Shown here: positions 1-7,925 of the stretch, in pieces
How positions within the stretch are numbered: position 1 is the stretch's first letter
Layout: every line of letters starts with the position of its first letter
Source of the DNA: a virus
Lineage: Duplodnaviria; Caudoviricetes
Reading direction: 5' to 3' (one strand)
Length of the DNA stretch: 64,000 bases
IMG/VR virus record: IMGVR_UViG_2814123113_000001
Coordinates: 1-64,000 of that record
Notes under the pieces: model-generated
The model's input: the letters and a program-made list of their open reading frames with translations, nothing else
Databases searched by the model: none
What the model was told of the DNA's origin: nothing
Made by a program: the position numbers and the translations under genes

Positions 1-603
1 TCAGGGCTTGAGCGCCGATCCCTGAGGCTCAGCGGAAACGCCCTGGATGTGGGCGCCGTACAGAGCCGCCTGACGGGAGTACCACTCGCGCCAGGCTAGC
101 GCCTCGACCTCGAGGACGTGGCAGGCTCCGTAGTTGTCGACGACGGTGTCGGCGACGGTAGAGAGCGCAACTCCGGAAGGGGCTTCGACAGGTCCACCGG
201 GGGATCGGGGAAGGGTGGAGCCAAGAGCTGCGGCGTCGTGCATGCGGACAAAGCCAACAGGCACGCTGAAAGTGCGATCAACCTCGAAAGGCACATAGAC
301 GGGGACCTCCTCTTTTAGGGTCTTGGTGCGCCACCGGATCTCGACAGTCTTGACCGCTACGTCACGGCGGATGTCTTGCGTGATGACGCCAGCCTTGGCC
401 CGCACCTCACCAGAGATTTTGCTCGCCTTGGCCATCCGATCAGCTTGCGCCGACCGCTCGGCCGAGACACCGGCTTGGCGCCCGAACTGATACACGCCGC
501 CGATCGTCAGCACGGCCACGAGGGCGAAAAGGAGGGCTCGCCCGATCTTGGATCGCGTAAGCGCCTTGCCGATCCGCACCGCAACCTCAACCAGCCCCAT
601 CAT
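1..603 (-). CDS. Rz-like inner-membrane spanin
   Basis: N-terminal TM helix then coiled region; ATGA overlap with endolysin stop at 600-603; contains an embedded lipoprotein ORF. Confidence 0.8.
   Translation of the reverse strand: MMGLVEVAVRIGKALTRSKIGRALLFALVAVLTIGGVYQFGRQAGVSAERSAQADRMAKASKISGEVRAKAGVITQDIRRDVAVKTVEIRWRTKTLKEEVPVYVPFEVDRTFSVPVGFVRMHDAAALGSTLPRSPGGPVEAPSGVALSTVADTVVDNYGACHVLEVEALAWREWYSRQAALYGAHIQGVSAEPQGSALKP
96..296 (-). CDS. Rz1-like outer-membrane lipoprotein spanin embedded in Rz
   Basis: Lipobox LALSA-C, Pro-rich mature part, nested in an alternate frame of Rz as in lambda. Confidence 0.75.
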   Translation of the reverse strand: MCLSRLIALSACLLALSACTTPQLLAPPFPDPPVDLSKPLPELRSLPSPTPSSTTTEPATSSRSRR

Positions 604-1199
604 GCGGCGGCCTGCGCGAACGCAGCCTTCAGCTTTTGATCGTAGCCGTGTTGCGCGAAGCCTGGACCGTTGTAGCGGCGCGCGAAGCCCGCCCAATCCG
701 AGGCCTTGAGCGCAGCGTGCATGTCATGGTTGGCGACAATGAAGAGCGCGAAGCAACGCAGTTGAGCACGCTCGCCCTGGATCATGTCACGGACGAACGA
801 CTGCACACTGGCATGCCCGCACGCCCGGTGATTGAAGCCCATAATCTGAAACAGACCGTAGGATGCAGACCGCAGGGCCGCAGTCTCATCAAGGGCCATC
901 GCCGCCACGAGCTGGTCATAACGCTGACCCTGCGTGGCGGGGTAGGGCTTGCCGCCCCAGGTCGCATAAGAGATGTCCGGATGGGTGGCGCTAAAGCGCC
1001 CCTTTGTTTCCCGCGCGAAGATGTGCGGCTCGAACAAAATGATAGGGCGTCGCGTCTCAGGATGGACGCCACGCCCCCGACTTTCGACCGCCATAACCGC
1101 GCGCACGTGTCGCGTCGTGACGCACAGCACCTTGGCGGCCGCGCGCACGTCGTCGTCGGAGACCGGTAGGGCCGGCCCCGCAAAGTCTGCCAGTTTCAT
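600..1199 (-). CDS. Endolysin, N-acetylmuramidase (DUF3380/PF11860-like)
   Basis: Motifs AVMAVES.G, ILFEPHIF, SASYGLFQIMGFNH, WAGFARRYNGP; start set at MKLADF. Confidence 0.9.
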   Translation of the reverse strand: MKLADFAGPALPVSDDDVRAAAKVLCVTTRHVRAVMAVESRGRGVHPETRRPIILFEPHIFARETKGRFSATHPDISYATWGGKPYPATQGQRYDQLVAAMALDETAALRSASYGLFQIMGFNHRACGHASVQSFVRDMIQGERAQLRCFALFIVANHDMHAALKASDWAGFARRYNGPGFAQHGYDQKLKAAFAQAAA

Positions 1200-1248
1200 G
1201 ATGCTTCTCGCTATGAGACGAACGGCGTTCGCCTTGCTTAAGATCGCG

Positions 1249-1569
1249 TCAGGGATCGACGCGGCCTCGGTGGCCAATGCGGCCGTCGACCCGCCCGTCC
1301 AGGCCGTCGACGTGCTGGAGGATCTTCGGCGCGTAGGTCGTACCGAAGTAGAGCGCCAGGCCCGCAAGCATGATCACATCCCCCCAGCCGGGGGCCTGCC
1401 CCTGGAACCGAGGGATCGCCGCGAGCACGAAGCCCGCGGCGAACATCGCGATCCCGATGCGCTGGAGCAGGGTCAGAAGCCCCCCCCAGCCCATCAGCAA
1501 CAGACAGAGCACCACGACCAGAAGGCCGCCGGCGACCACGGAGAGGTACTGTGGCATCTGTGACAGCAT
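1249..1569 (-). CDS. Holin-like membrane protein (3 TM)
   Basis: Hydrophobic, upstream of endolysin; clear homolog at 53134-53499. Confidence 0.65.
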   Translation of the reverse strand: MLSQMPQYLSVVAGGLLVVVLCLLLMGWGGLLTLLQRIGIAMFAAGFVLAAIPRFQGQAPGWGDVIMLAGLALYFGTTYAPKILQHVDGLDGRVDGRIGHRGRVDP

Positions 1570-1572
1570 GGC

Positions 1573-1953
1573 TTAGCCCTCCGCCTGGTCAGAGCCGCCG
1601 ATGCGCAGACCGCCCGCCTCGAACTTGATCAGCTTGAATGGGTCGCCGGCATACTTGGTGACGGCCTGGGTCAGACCGCCGAACAGCGCCATGCCCAGGA
1701 ACCCACAGGCGAAGCCGATGAACGGGGCCGCCGCCGTTCCAACGCCGGGCCACTTGGCGTTCAGCAGGAAGATGAGCAGCGGCGACAGCCACGCCACGGC
1801 GGCCGCGCCGGAGGCCAGCGAGAGCGCCTTGGCCCGCATGGTAAGTCGCTCGCCGTACCCCATCGACATCACCGCCCCGGCCGCGCCTGGCGCGTAGGGC
1901 GCAAGCTTGGCCAAGGCCCCAAGCAGGTTTGGGTCACCCGTATTGTCGGCCAT
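1573..1953 (-). CDS. Holin-like membrane protein
   Basis: Several hydrophobic segments, AAGGAGG RBS; homolog at 53503-53880. Confidence 0.65.
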   Translation of the reverse strand: MADNTGDPNLLGALAKLAPYAPGAAGAVMSMGYGERLTMRAKALSLASGAAAVAWLSPLLIFLLNAKWPGVGTAAAPFIGFACGFLGMALFGGLTQAVTKYAGDPFKLIKFEAGGLRIGGSDQAEG

Positions 1954-2021
1954 CGGCCGCCCCTCCTTAGTCTGAGATGCTTTGACTTGTTGGCCCAGTC
2001 GGGCCGTGAGACCGTCGCCGT

Positions 2022-2189
2022 ATGAAGCTGCGACAGTTCTTCTCTGAAGGCCGGCACGTGGAGCCGACGCTCTGGGTGATCATGCTGGCCTGCGCGGCCG
2101 TTTGGCTGATCGAGACGATCGGCCCGCGCCACGTCATCGTCTTCAAGGACGGCATCCCGCCCAAGGTCTGGATCGAGCGCGCGAAATAG
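2022..2189 (+). CDS. Small single-TM protein (55 aa, MKLRQFFSEG...WIERAK), moron-like
   Basis: ATG 2022 to TAG 2189, not in the ORF track; opposite strand to the late operon; followed by a hairpin. Confidence 0.5.
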   Translation: MKLRQFFSEGRHVEPTLWVIMLACAAVWLIETIGPRHVIVFKDGIPPKVWIERAK

Positions 2190-2191
2190 GG

Positions 2192-2222
2192 TGACCCCGG
2201 CGCGGGCCGCCGCCCGGGGTCA
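2192..2222. terminator. GC-rich hairpin between convergent genes
   Basis: TGACCCCGG...CCGGGGTCA inverted repeat. Confidence 0.5.
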
Positions 2223-2328
2223 TGTCGGTCTGTTTGTACTCCGCATCCGCCGGAATTGGACCGCACTGACAGTATGCCGCGCCAGATCAGCGGCGCCCAC
2301 CCCGCCCGATCTAGGAGCGCCGGGCGAC

Positions 2329-2736
2329 CTAGACTTCCGGCTCGGGAACCCACTTCAGGCCACGACCCAGGAGGACGCCATTGGCGTGGTCGATCGGCTC
2401 GACGTCGCCCGACGCCGAGTAGATCTGCAGGTTGGCGCCGGTGATCGCGGCCATGGCGTCGGCGGCCGAAATGACCCCGTTCTCGCCCCAGACCACACCC
2501 TCAGGCAGCGGCGGGAGGTCTCCGCCGGCGAAGCCCTGCCAGACCGCGACGGTGGCCTGGTCGGTGCTGGCGTCGCTCGACAGATAGTGCGTGGCCGGGC
2601 TCTCGGTCGTCGGCGCGGGGGCGGTCGTCAGCTTGCGGCTGAACGTGCCGGGGCCACGCCCCATCGCCTCCCACACCCGGTTGATGTTGGTCTGGGCGGC
2701 GGCGGTGCAGATCATGATGACAGGCAGATGAGACAT
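2329..2736 (-). CDS. Hypothetical virion or fibre-associated protein
   Basis: ORF in the late operon directly after the LamG-like gene. Confidence 0.65.
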   Translation of the reverse strand: MSHLPVIMICTAAAQTNINRVWEAMGRGPGTFSRKLTTAPAPTTESPATHYLSSDASTDQATVAVWQGFAGGDLPPLPEGVVWGENGVISAADAMAAITGANLQIYSASGDVEPIDHANGVLLGRGLKWVPEPEV

Positions 2737-2742
2737 AGGTCG

Positions 2743-3936
2743 TCAGGCTCCAGAGAGGATGCGGTTGCGGATGGCTTGGAACTGGGCGAGGTCGAGCGAC
2801 TTCTGGGCGACGATCAGGCGCTTGATGTGGCCGCCGAAGAAGTTGCTCATGGCGTCCGCCGTGGAGAGGCCGCCGACCGGAAGGGTGAATGCGGAAGCGG
2901 CTAACCCGACCTGCGCGCCGGTGTAGACCTCGGCGTCATTGACGAAGAGACGGACGGTCGAACCATTGCAAGACAGCCCTGCAATGACACGCTGCCCGCT
3001 TAGATCGGTAGTGCCTACAATGGTCTCTGTTCCCTGATTACCGACCCCACCACCTAGCCGGCCATTTGTCCTGACGCCCAGCATCAGGTGTCCCGAGCCG
3101 CCGCTGGTCCGTCGACCGCATATGACCTGGGTCGAAGCTGGAAAGCTGGTTGGGAGCGTGACATCTGCGACGATGCAATTCGTCTCGACCGCGCTCGAGT
3201 AGGTCGTCAAAAGCCGATCGTCGAGAGCGTCGAACTTAGCCCCGTCCGCCTGGAAGCGAGGGCGGTAGGATGTCGCTGCTTGAGAGCCCGCGATTGTGGA
3301 GACATCCTTGAAAGATGCGCTGTAGCACTCACCCTGGCCGTCCGTGGTCGTGCGTTCGAAGCTGATACGCACGTTGCCTGTGAACGTGGCCGTCCAGTAC
3401 GTCGCCTGCTCGGCGGCAGAGGCGTTGAAATTCAGGACGGCCGAGAGAGCGGTGTTCGAGGTGTCGCGTATCAGCGCGACCATATTGCCCGAACCTACGG
3501 TACGCAGCGCACTCGCAGCTAGGCGGTAGGTTCGGCCGGCGACCACAGGCACAGCCTGTCGTAGCACCACGTTGGATCCCGAGCGCGTGAGCCGCACGAC
3601 GCCGTTGCTGACCCATTCAGCCGCGCCGCCGCCAGACGAAGCCCAGTTTACGAAGTTCTCCTGGACGAGGCTGGGGTTGATCAGCAAACCCGGCCGGCCG
3701 GCGACCTGCTGCTGCAGGGTGCGGCCCGCCCACTGGGCGCTGTCCAGGGCGAGGCCGATCGGATCGTCCAGTAGCGAGGCCGCCGTGACGCCTCCGCTAT
3801 CCTGGAACAGCCGATCGAGCTTTGCGAAGTTGTAGTCGAACCCGCCCGCACCGCCTGCGAAGAGCGCGGCGATCGGATCCGGCGCGCTTGGCCTGCCGGA
3901 CCCGACGCCCAGGCGGCGAAGGCCGAGCCGGGACAT
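2743..3936 (-). CDS. Carbohydrate-binding (CBM/LamG-like) fibre or spike protein
   Basis: Beta-rich; CBM-like LRQAVPVVAGRTYRL; C-terminal concanavalin/LamG-like VRLFVND...FGGHI. Confidence 0.65.
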   Translation of the reverse strand: MSRLGLRRLGVGSGRPSAPDPIAALFAGGAGGFDYNFAKLDRLFQDSGGVTAASLLDDPIGLALDSAQWAGRTLQQQVAGRPGLLINPSLVQENFVNWASSGGGAAEWVSNGVVRLTRSGSNVVLRQAVPVVAGRTYRLAASALRTVGSGNMVALIRDTSNTALSAVLNFNASAAEQATYWTATFTGNVRISFERTTTDGQGECYSASFKDVSTIAGSQAATSYRPRFQADGAKFDALDDRLLTTYSSAVETNCIVADVTLPTSFPASTQVICGRRTSGGSGHLMLGVRTNGRLGGGVGNQGTETIVGTTDLSGQRVIAGLSCNGSTVRLFVNDAEVYTGAQVGLAASAFTLPVGGLSTADAMSNFFGGHIKRLIVAQKSLDLAQFQAIRNRILSGA

Positions 3937-4271
3937 CAGATCGTCACCAGAGAGAGAGTCTCGCCAGGCTCAAGCGCAGCGAACTCCTCGACATCGTCAG
4001 CCTTGAGCCGATAACCTTTGAGGTCCGTCGAAGCGTTAGGCGCCGCGCCTTGGGTCACGCGGATAGCGCCATCCACGGTTTTGACGATCCACATGTAGCG
4101 CACCAAGCCGTTGGGCTTGAAGTCGTCAGGAGCCACGAAGCCGCCCAGGCCGCCAGGAGTGGATCCGACAGAGACTTGACCATCCCAGACTACCGCTCGC
4201 TTGATCGGGAGAGCATGTCGGCGCGCATCCTCAACTCCAACCTCCACTAGCATCACATACGCCTTCGACAT
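3936..4271 (-). CDS. Hypothetical protein
   Basis: Strong GAGGAGGAG RBS before MSKAYV; TGATG coupling to the next gene. Confidence 0.7.
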   Translation of the reverse strand: MSKAYVMLVEVGVEDARRHALPIKRAVVWDGQVSVGSTPGGLGGFVAPDDFKPNGLVRYMWIVKTVDGAIRVTQGAAPNASTDLKGYRLKADDVEEFAALEPGETLSLVTI

Positions 4272-4365
4272 GTACTCTCCTCCTCTAGCTACACATCTGG
4301 ACGCGCGGTCGTACGCGGCCAACAGAGCTGGTCGCGGTCGATTGCGCTGAGTTTCGAAAAGGCCG

Positions 4366-4830
4366 TCAGGCCATGCTGTCGGCCAGGATCACCAGGTCGC
4401 GGAACTGCTGGTCAGACATGCCCAGCGCCGCCTTCGTGCTCTCGGTTGTGACGCCGGCGGTGACGAAGTTCTGCGCACGCGCATACTCGGCCAGGGCCAG
4501 AACGCTCTTCGGATGCGGCAGCGATGCGAACGCCGCTCGTATCGCTGCGTCGAGATTGTCAAAGCCCGGCCAGGGCGTGATCAGCGCCGCCTTGAGGATC
4601 TTGTGCATGGGCACTTCGGCCGGCAGAGGCGTGACGGTGACCGGCGGCGCCTCGAGGTCGATCGACCACGCCCCATCGGCGCCCAGGCGCGCGAACGCGC
4701 CCGGCTCCACCGCCGGCGGCTCGGTCTCTACAAAGGTCCAGCCCGGCAGGCACGGCGCGGCCAGGTCGACGACTTCGATCGCGTCGGCGAGCAGATAGCC
4801 ATGCGCATCCAGTTTGACGGTCCACATCAC
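4366..4830 (-). CDS. Tail fibre assembly/chaperone-like protein
   Basis: Directly downstream of the tail fibre; WTFVETEPP and GAW motifs resemble fibre chaperones. Confidence 0.55.
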   Translation of the reverse strand: MMWTVKLDAHGYLLADAIEVVDLAAPCLPGWTFVETEPPAVEPGAFARLGADGAWSIDLEAPPVTVTPLPAEVPMHKILKAALITPWPGFDNLDAAIRAAFASLPHPKSVLALAEYARAQNFVTAGVTTESTKAALGMSDQQFRDLVILADSMA

Positions 4831-7800
4831 GCGATCCTCGAATAGGCTTTGGCTTTGGCGGCGCCGGTTCCGATCGCAGCCACGCTGGGCACGTAGAACT
4901 GCGCCGGCGATGCGGGGGCGTAGGGCGCATATCGCACGCTGTAGTAGTCGTAGCGCTGGGGCGCGACGAACGCGCCCAGCCCATAGACAAGGCGGTTCAT
5001 GACGTTTGCGTCTGTGTTCGACAGCTCGGTCCAGGGTCCGGTGATGCTGCTCGCGATATGCAGCGAATAGCTCTTAAGCGCGCAGTAGAGGCCGCCGGCA
5101 TGGATCATGGCCTGAGAGTCACCGGTCGTGCCGCCCACATCCACCGACGACCAGGTCAAGGCGTCCGTCGAGTACCTGAAGCGCCCGAGCGTCACACTGT
5201 CGCCGATGACGAAATAGCCGTTAGCCTCCCAGACCAGGCCTTGTGGCGCGACCGACGGACTGGTTGTGGACGCCCAGGTCAGGCCATCGGCCGAGCGCAT
5301 CCCGCTGCCCGAGCCAGAATAGAACGCCATGAAGTAGCCGTTCGCAAAGGCCACCCCGTGAGGCAGGGTGTTGGAGCCCCAAGCCGTGACCTTCGTCCAG
5401 GAAACGCCGTCCGTCGTGCGCCACATGCCGTCTGACGTCGCCGCCAGCAGAACGCCGTTTCCGTAGGCGAAGGCGTAGACGCTGGCGTTCAACGCCGTGC
5501 CCTGGGTCCACTCGCCGGTCAGGCCCGTGGCCGAGTGACGGAAGTAGTTGAAGTCGGCGCTGATATACTTGCCAAAGGCATAGGCCACAGGCCCGACCGC
5601 ACCTGTCGCGCCGATATTGATCGTTCGGGTCGTATAGGGCGACAGGCTTGTAATCTCGAGCAGCACGTTCCCATAAAGCGAAGCCCCGCTCAGAAACAGA
5701 CGGCCGTTCGCGGCGCTTAGAGATGCGTTGCCCGCGTAGCTTCCGCCCAGCGATGACGAGCCGGTCGCCGTCGTCGCGGTCGGCGCGGCGCCGAACACCG
5801 GCGGGAAAATCGCCGCCGCCGCTGAATAGCTGGACGCCAGATAGGTCGCGCCATCGGCCGGAACGATCCCGGCCGGGAAGGTCGATCGGTTACTGAAGAA
5901 GGTGTCACCGATCTCGACGCCAACCCCGCCACCATCGCCGAACTCGAAGCCATCGGCGGTCTTCTTGATCGTCTGGCCGACCGCGCCACCGGTCAGCGCC
6001 GCCAGGTCTGCCAGCACCTCGGAGGCGGCCTGCTTGCCCGCCAACGCGGTCGCCAGTCCCGACACGTCTGAAATGCCCATCGCCAAAGCGGTTTTCAGCG
6101 CCGCTTGGGTGATAGCCCCGGTCAGACCGGCGACCGACAGGACCAGGTCGGTCGGCGTCCGCATCCACTTCCAGTCGGCCAGGGTCGACGGACTGTCCGT
6201 GGACAAGACATAGGTCCTGTTCTCGTCGGTCCGGATCGCGATGTCGCCGCGCTGCGCGGTCAAGGCCAGCATGGCGGCCTGAGATCCGACCTCGAACGTG
6301 TCGTTGATCACCACAGCCGGCAGGTTCGCGGTGTCGATCACGCCGGTCAGGCGCGAGGCTGCAATCGGGCTGGTCGTGTAGTTCAGAGCCGTGATCGCGG
6401 CGTCCACAGCGGCCTTGGTCGACAAGGCCGTCATCGCCAGGAGGTTGTCGGTCCCCGCGATGCCCTGCGCCTCGGTGGCCCGCCCCAAGGTGAAGACCGG
6501 GTTGCCCGATACACCGTTGCCGTTGGTGATCGCGATGCCTGCATCGGCGCTGGTCAGCGTCCGGCGGGCGTTGAGAGATGAGCTGCTGCCCTGAACCATG
6601 AAACCAGTCGAACTGGTGCCCGCGACGCTGGTGAGGCGGCCCGTGGTCGTGCTGCTCCAGTTGGCCGTCGCCAGGTTCGTCAGTGCGGCGTTCAGAGGCT
6701 GGAAGCGCGCGTCGCCGGTCTGCCGGTCCAGGATATCAGTCGCCGTCGCCGAGCCGATCGGGCGGCCTTCTACTGTCCCGCCGTCAGCCGCCGTGAAGAT
6801 CGCCACCTTGCCGGAAAGGGTCGTGCCGCCCGGCCGGGCGATGAAGTCGCCGCCGACGATGGCTTCGGCCGCATCGCGGGCGGCCTCGGCCGCAGCCCGC
6901 GCCGCCGCCGCCGCCGTCGCGCTGGTCGAGGCCTCGCCGGCCTTGGTCGTAGCCGTGCCCGCCGAACCCGAGGCCGCCGTGGCGGCCGCCTGCGCATCAT
7001 CGCGGGCGTCTTCCGCCAGGCCCTGCGCCGTCTCCGCAGCCGCCTTGGCCGCCGCCGCCGCCGTGGCGCTGGTCGAGGCCTCGCCGGCCTTGGTCGTAGC
7101 CGCGCCCGCCGAACCCGAGGCCGCCGTGGCGGCCGCCTGCGCATCATCGCGGGCGTCTTCCGCCAGGCCCTGCGCCGTCTGCGCAGCCGTCCTCGCCGAA
7201 GCCGCCGCCGTGGCGCTGGTCGAGGCCTCGCCCGCCTTGGTGGTGGCCGTACCCGCCGAACCCGAGGCCGCCGTGGCGGCCGCCTGCGCGTCATCGCGGG
7301 CGTCTTCCGCCAAGCCCTGCGCCGTCTGCGCGGCCGTCCTGGCCGTCGCAGCCGCCGTGGCGCTGGTCGAGGCCTCGCCGGCCTTGGTGCTGGCCGTACT
7401 GGCAGAGCCCGCCGCCGCCGTCGCGGCCGCCTCGGCGTCGTCCACCAGCGGCTGCACCGCATCGGTCACCGCTTCGATCTGAGCGTTGGCCAACCAGGTC
7501 AGATACTCCGCCTCGGTCTTGCCCGAGTTGCCCGGCTGATCACGCCACACCTGATAGGCCGACGCGCCGCGCACCAGCCCCAGATCTTCCCAGCCACCGG
7601 CCGAGAGCACATAGCCGTGGCCCGCAAACTCACCCGACGTCACGATGTAGAACGCGCCCAGCGCTTCGCCGGTCGGCAGGTTGCTGACCAGATCCACAGT
7701 GCCCTTGGGCGTGAACAGCAGCAGCGAGTCGATGATCGTCGCATTTTCGGTGATCAGCGCCTCGATGCGCTCGGCCAGGCCGCCGACGTCGTCATAGGCC

Positions 7801-7910
7801 TCGAGCGCCGTAGCCAGCGCGCTGGCCAGCGCCGATTGCGACCCGCCCGCGTGAAAGGCGGCGATGGCGGCGGCGATCGCCGTCGCGTGCTGGGTGGGCG
7901 TCGTGGTCAT
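4827..7910 (-). CDS. Tail fibre / receptor-binding protein
   Basis: Ala/Thr-rich 40-aa repeats; C-terminal BNR/Asp-box-like motifs (TTDGVSW, SADGLTW, STDALTW). Confidence 0.85.
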   Translation of the reverse strand: MTTTPTQHATAIAAAIAAFHAGGSQSALASALATALEAYDDVGGLAERIEALITENATIIDSLLLFTPKGTVDLVSNLPTGEALGAFYIVTSGEFAGHGYVLSAGGWEDLGLVRGASAYQVWRDQPGNSGKTEAEYLTWLANAQIEAVTDAVQPLVDDAEAAATAAAGSASTASTKAGEASTSATAAATARTAAQTAQGLAEDARDDAQAAATAASGSAGTATTKAGEASTSATAAASARTAAQTAQGLAEDARDDAQAAATAASGSAGAATTKAGEASTSATAAAAAKAAAETAQGLAEDARDDAQAAATAASGSAGTATTKAGEASTSATAAAAARAAAEAARDAAEAIVGGDFIARPGGTTLSGKVAIFTAADGGTVEGRPIGSATATDILDRQTGDARFQPLNAALTNLATANWSSTTTGRLTSVAGTSSTGFMVQGSSSSLNARRTLTSADAGIAITNGNGVSGNPVFTLGRATEAQGIAGTDNLLAMTALSTKAAVDAAITALNYTTSPIAASRLTGVIDTANLPAVVINDTFEVGSQAAMLALTAQRGDIAIRTDENRTYVLSTDSPSTLADWKWMRTPTDLVLSVAGLTGAITQAALKTALAMGISDVSGLATALAGKQAASEVLADLAALTGGAVGQTIKKTADGFEFGDGGGVGVEIGDTFFSNRSTFPAGIVPADGATYLASSYSAAAAIFPPVFGAAPTATTATGSSSLGGSYAGNASLSAANGRLFLSGASLYGNVLLEITSLSPYTTRTINIGATGAVGPVAYAFGKYISADFNYFRHSATGLTGEWTQGTALNASVYAFAYGNGVLLAATSDGMWRTTDGVSWTKVTAWGSNTLPHGVAFANGYFMAFYSGSGSGMRSADGLTWASTTSPSVAPQGLVWEANGYFVIGDSVTLGRFRYSTDALTWSSVDVGGTTGDSQAMIHAGGLYCALKSYSLHIASSITGPWTELSNTDANVMNRLVYGLGAFVAPQRYDYYSVRYAPYAPASPAQFYVPSVAAIGTGAAKAKAYSRIA
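6866..7440 (-). repeat. 120-bp tandem repeat (~4.5 copies) within the tail fibre gene
   Basis: Unit encodes AAATAASGSAGTATTKAGEASTSATAAA..AQGLAEDARDDAQ; 120-nt period visible; ends approximate. Confidence 0.9.
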
Positions 7911-7925
7911 GGAAGGCTCCACCGG

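Noticed and set aside
1219-1231. The palindrome as a LexA/SOS box or canonical parS
   Set aside because: The Gram-positive SOS box has a 4-nt spacer (here 3), the alphaproteobacterial box is a direct repeat, parS differs in sequence, and most copies are intragenic
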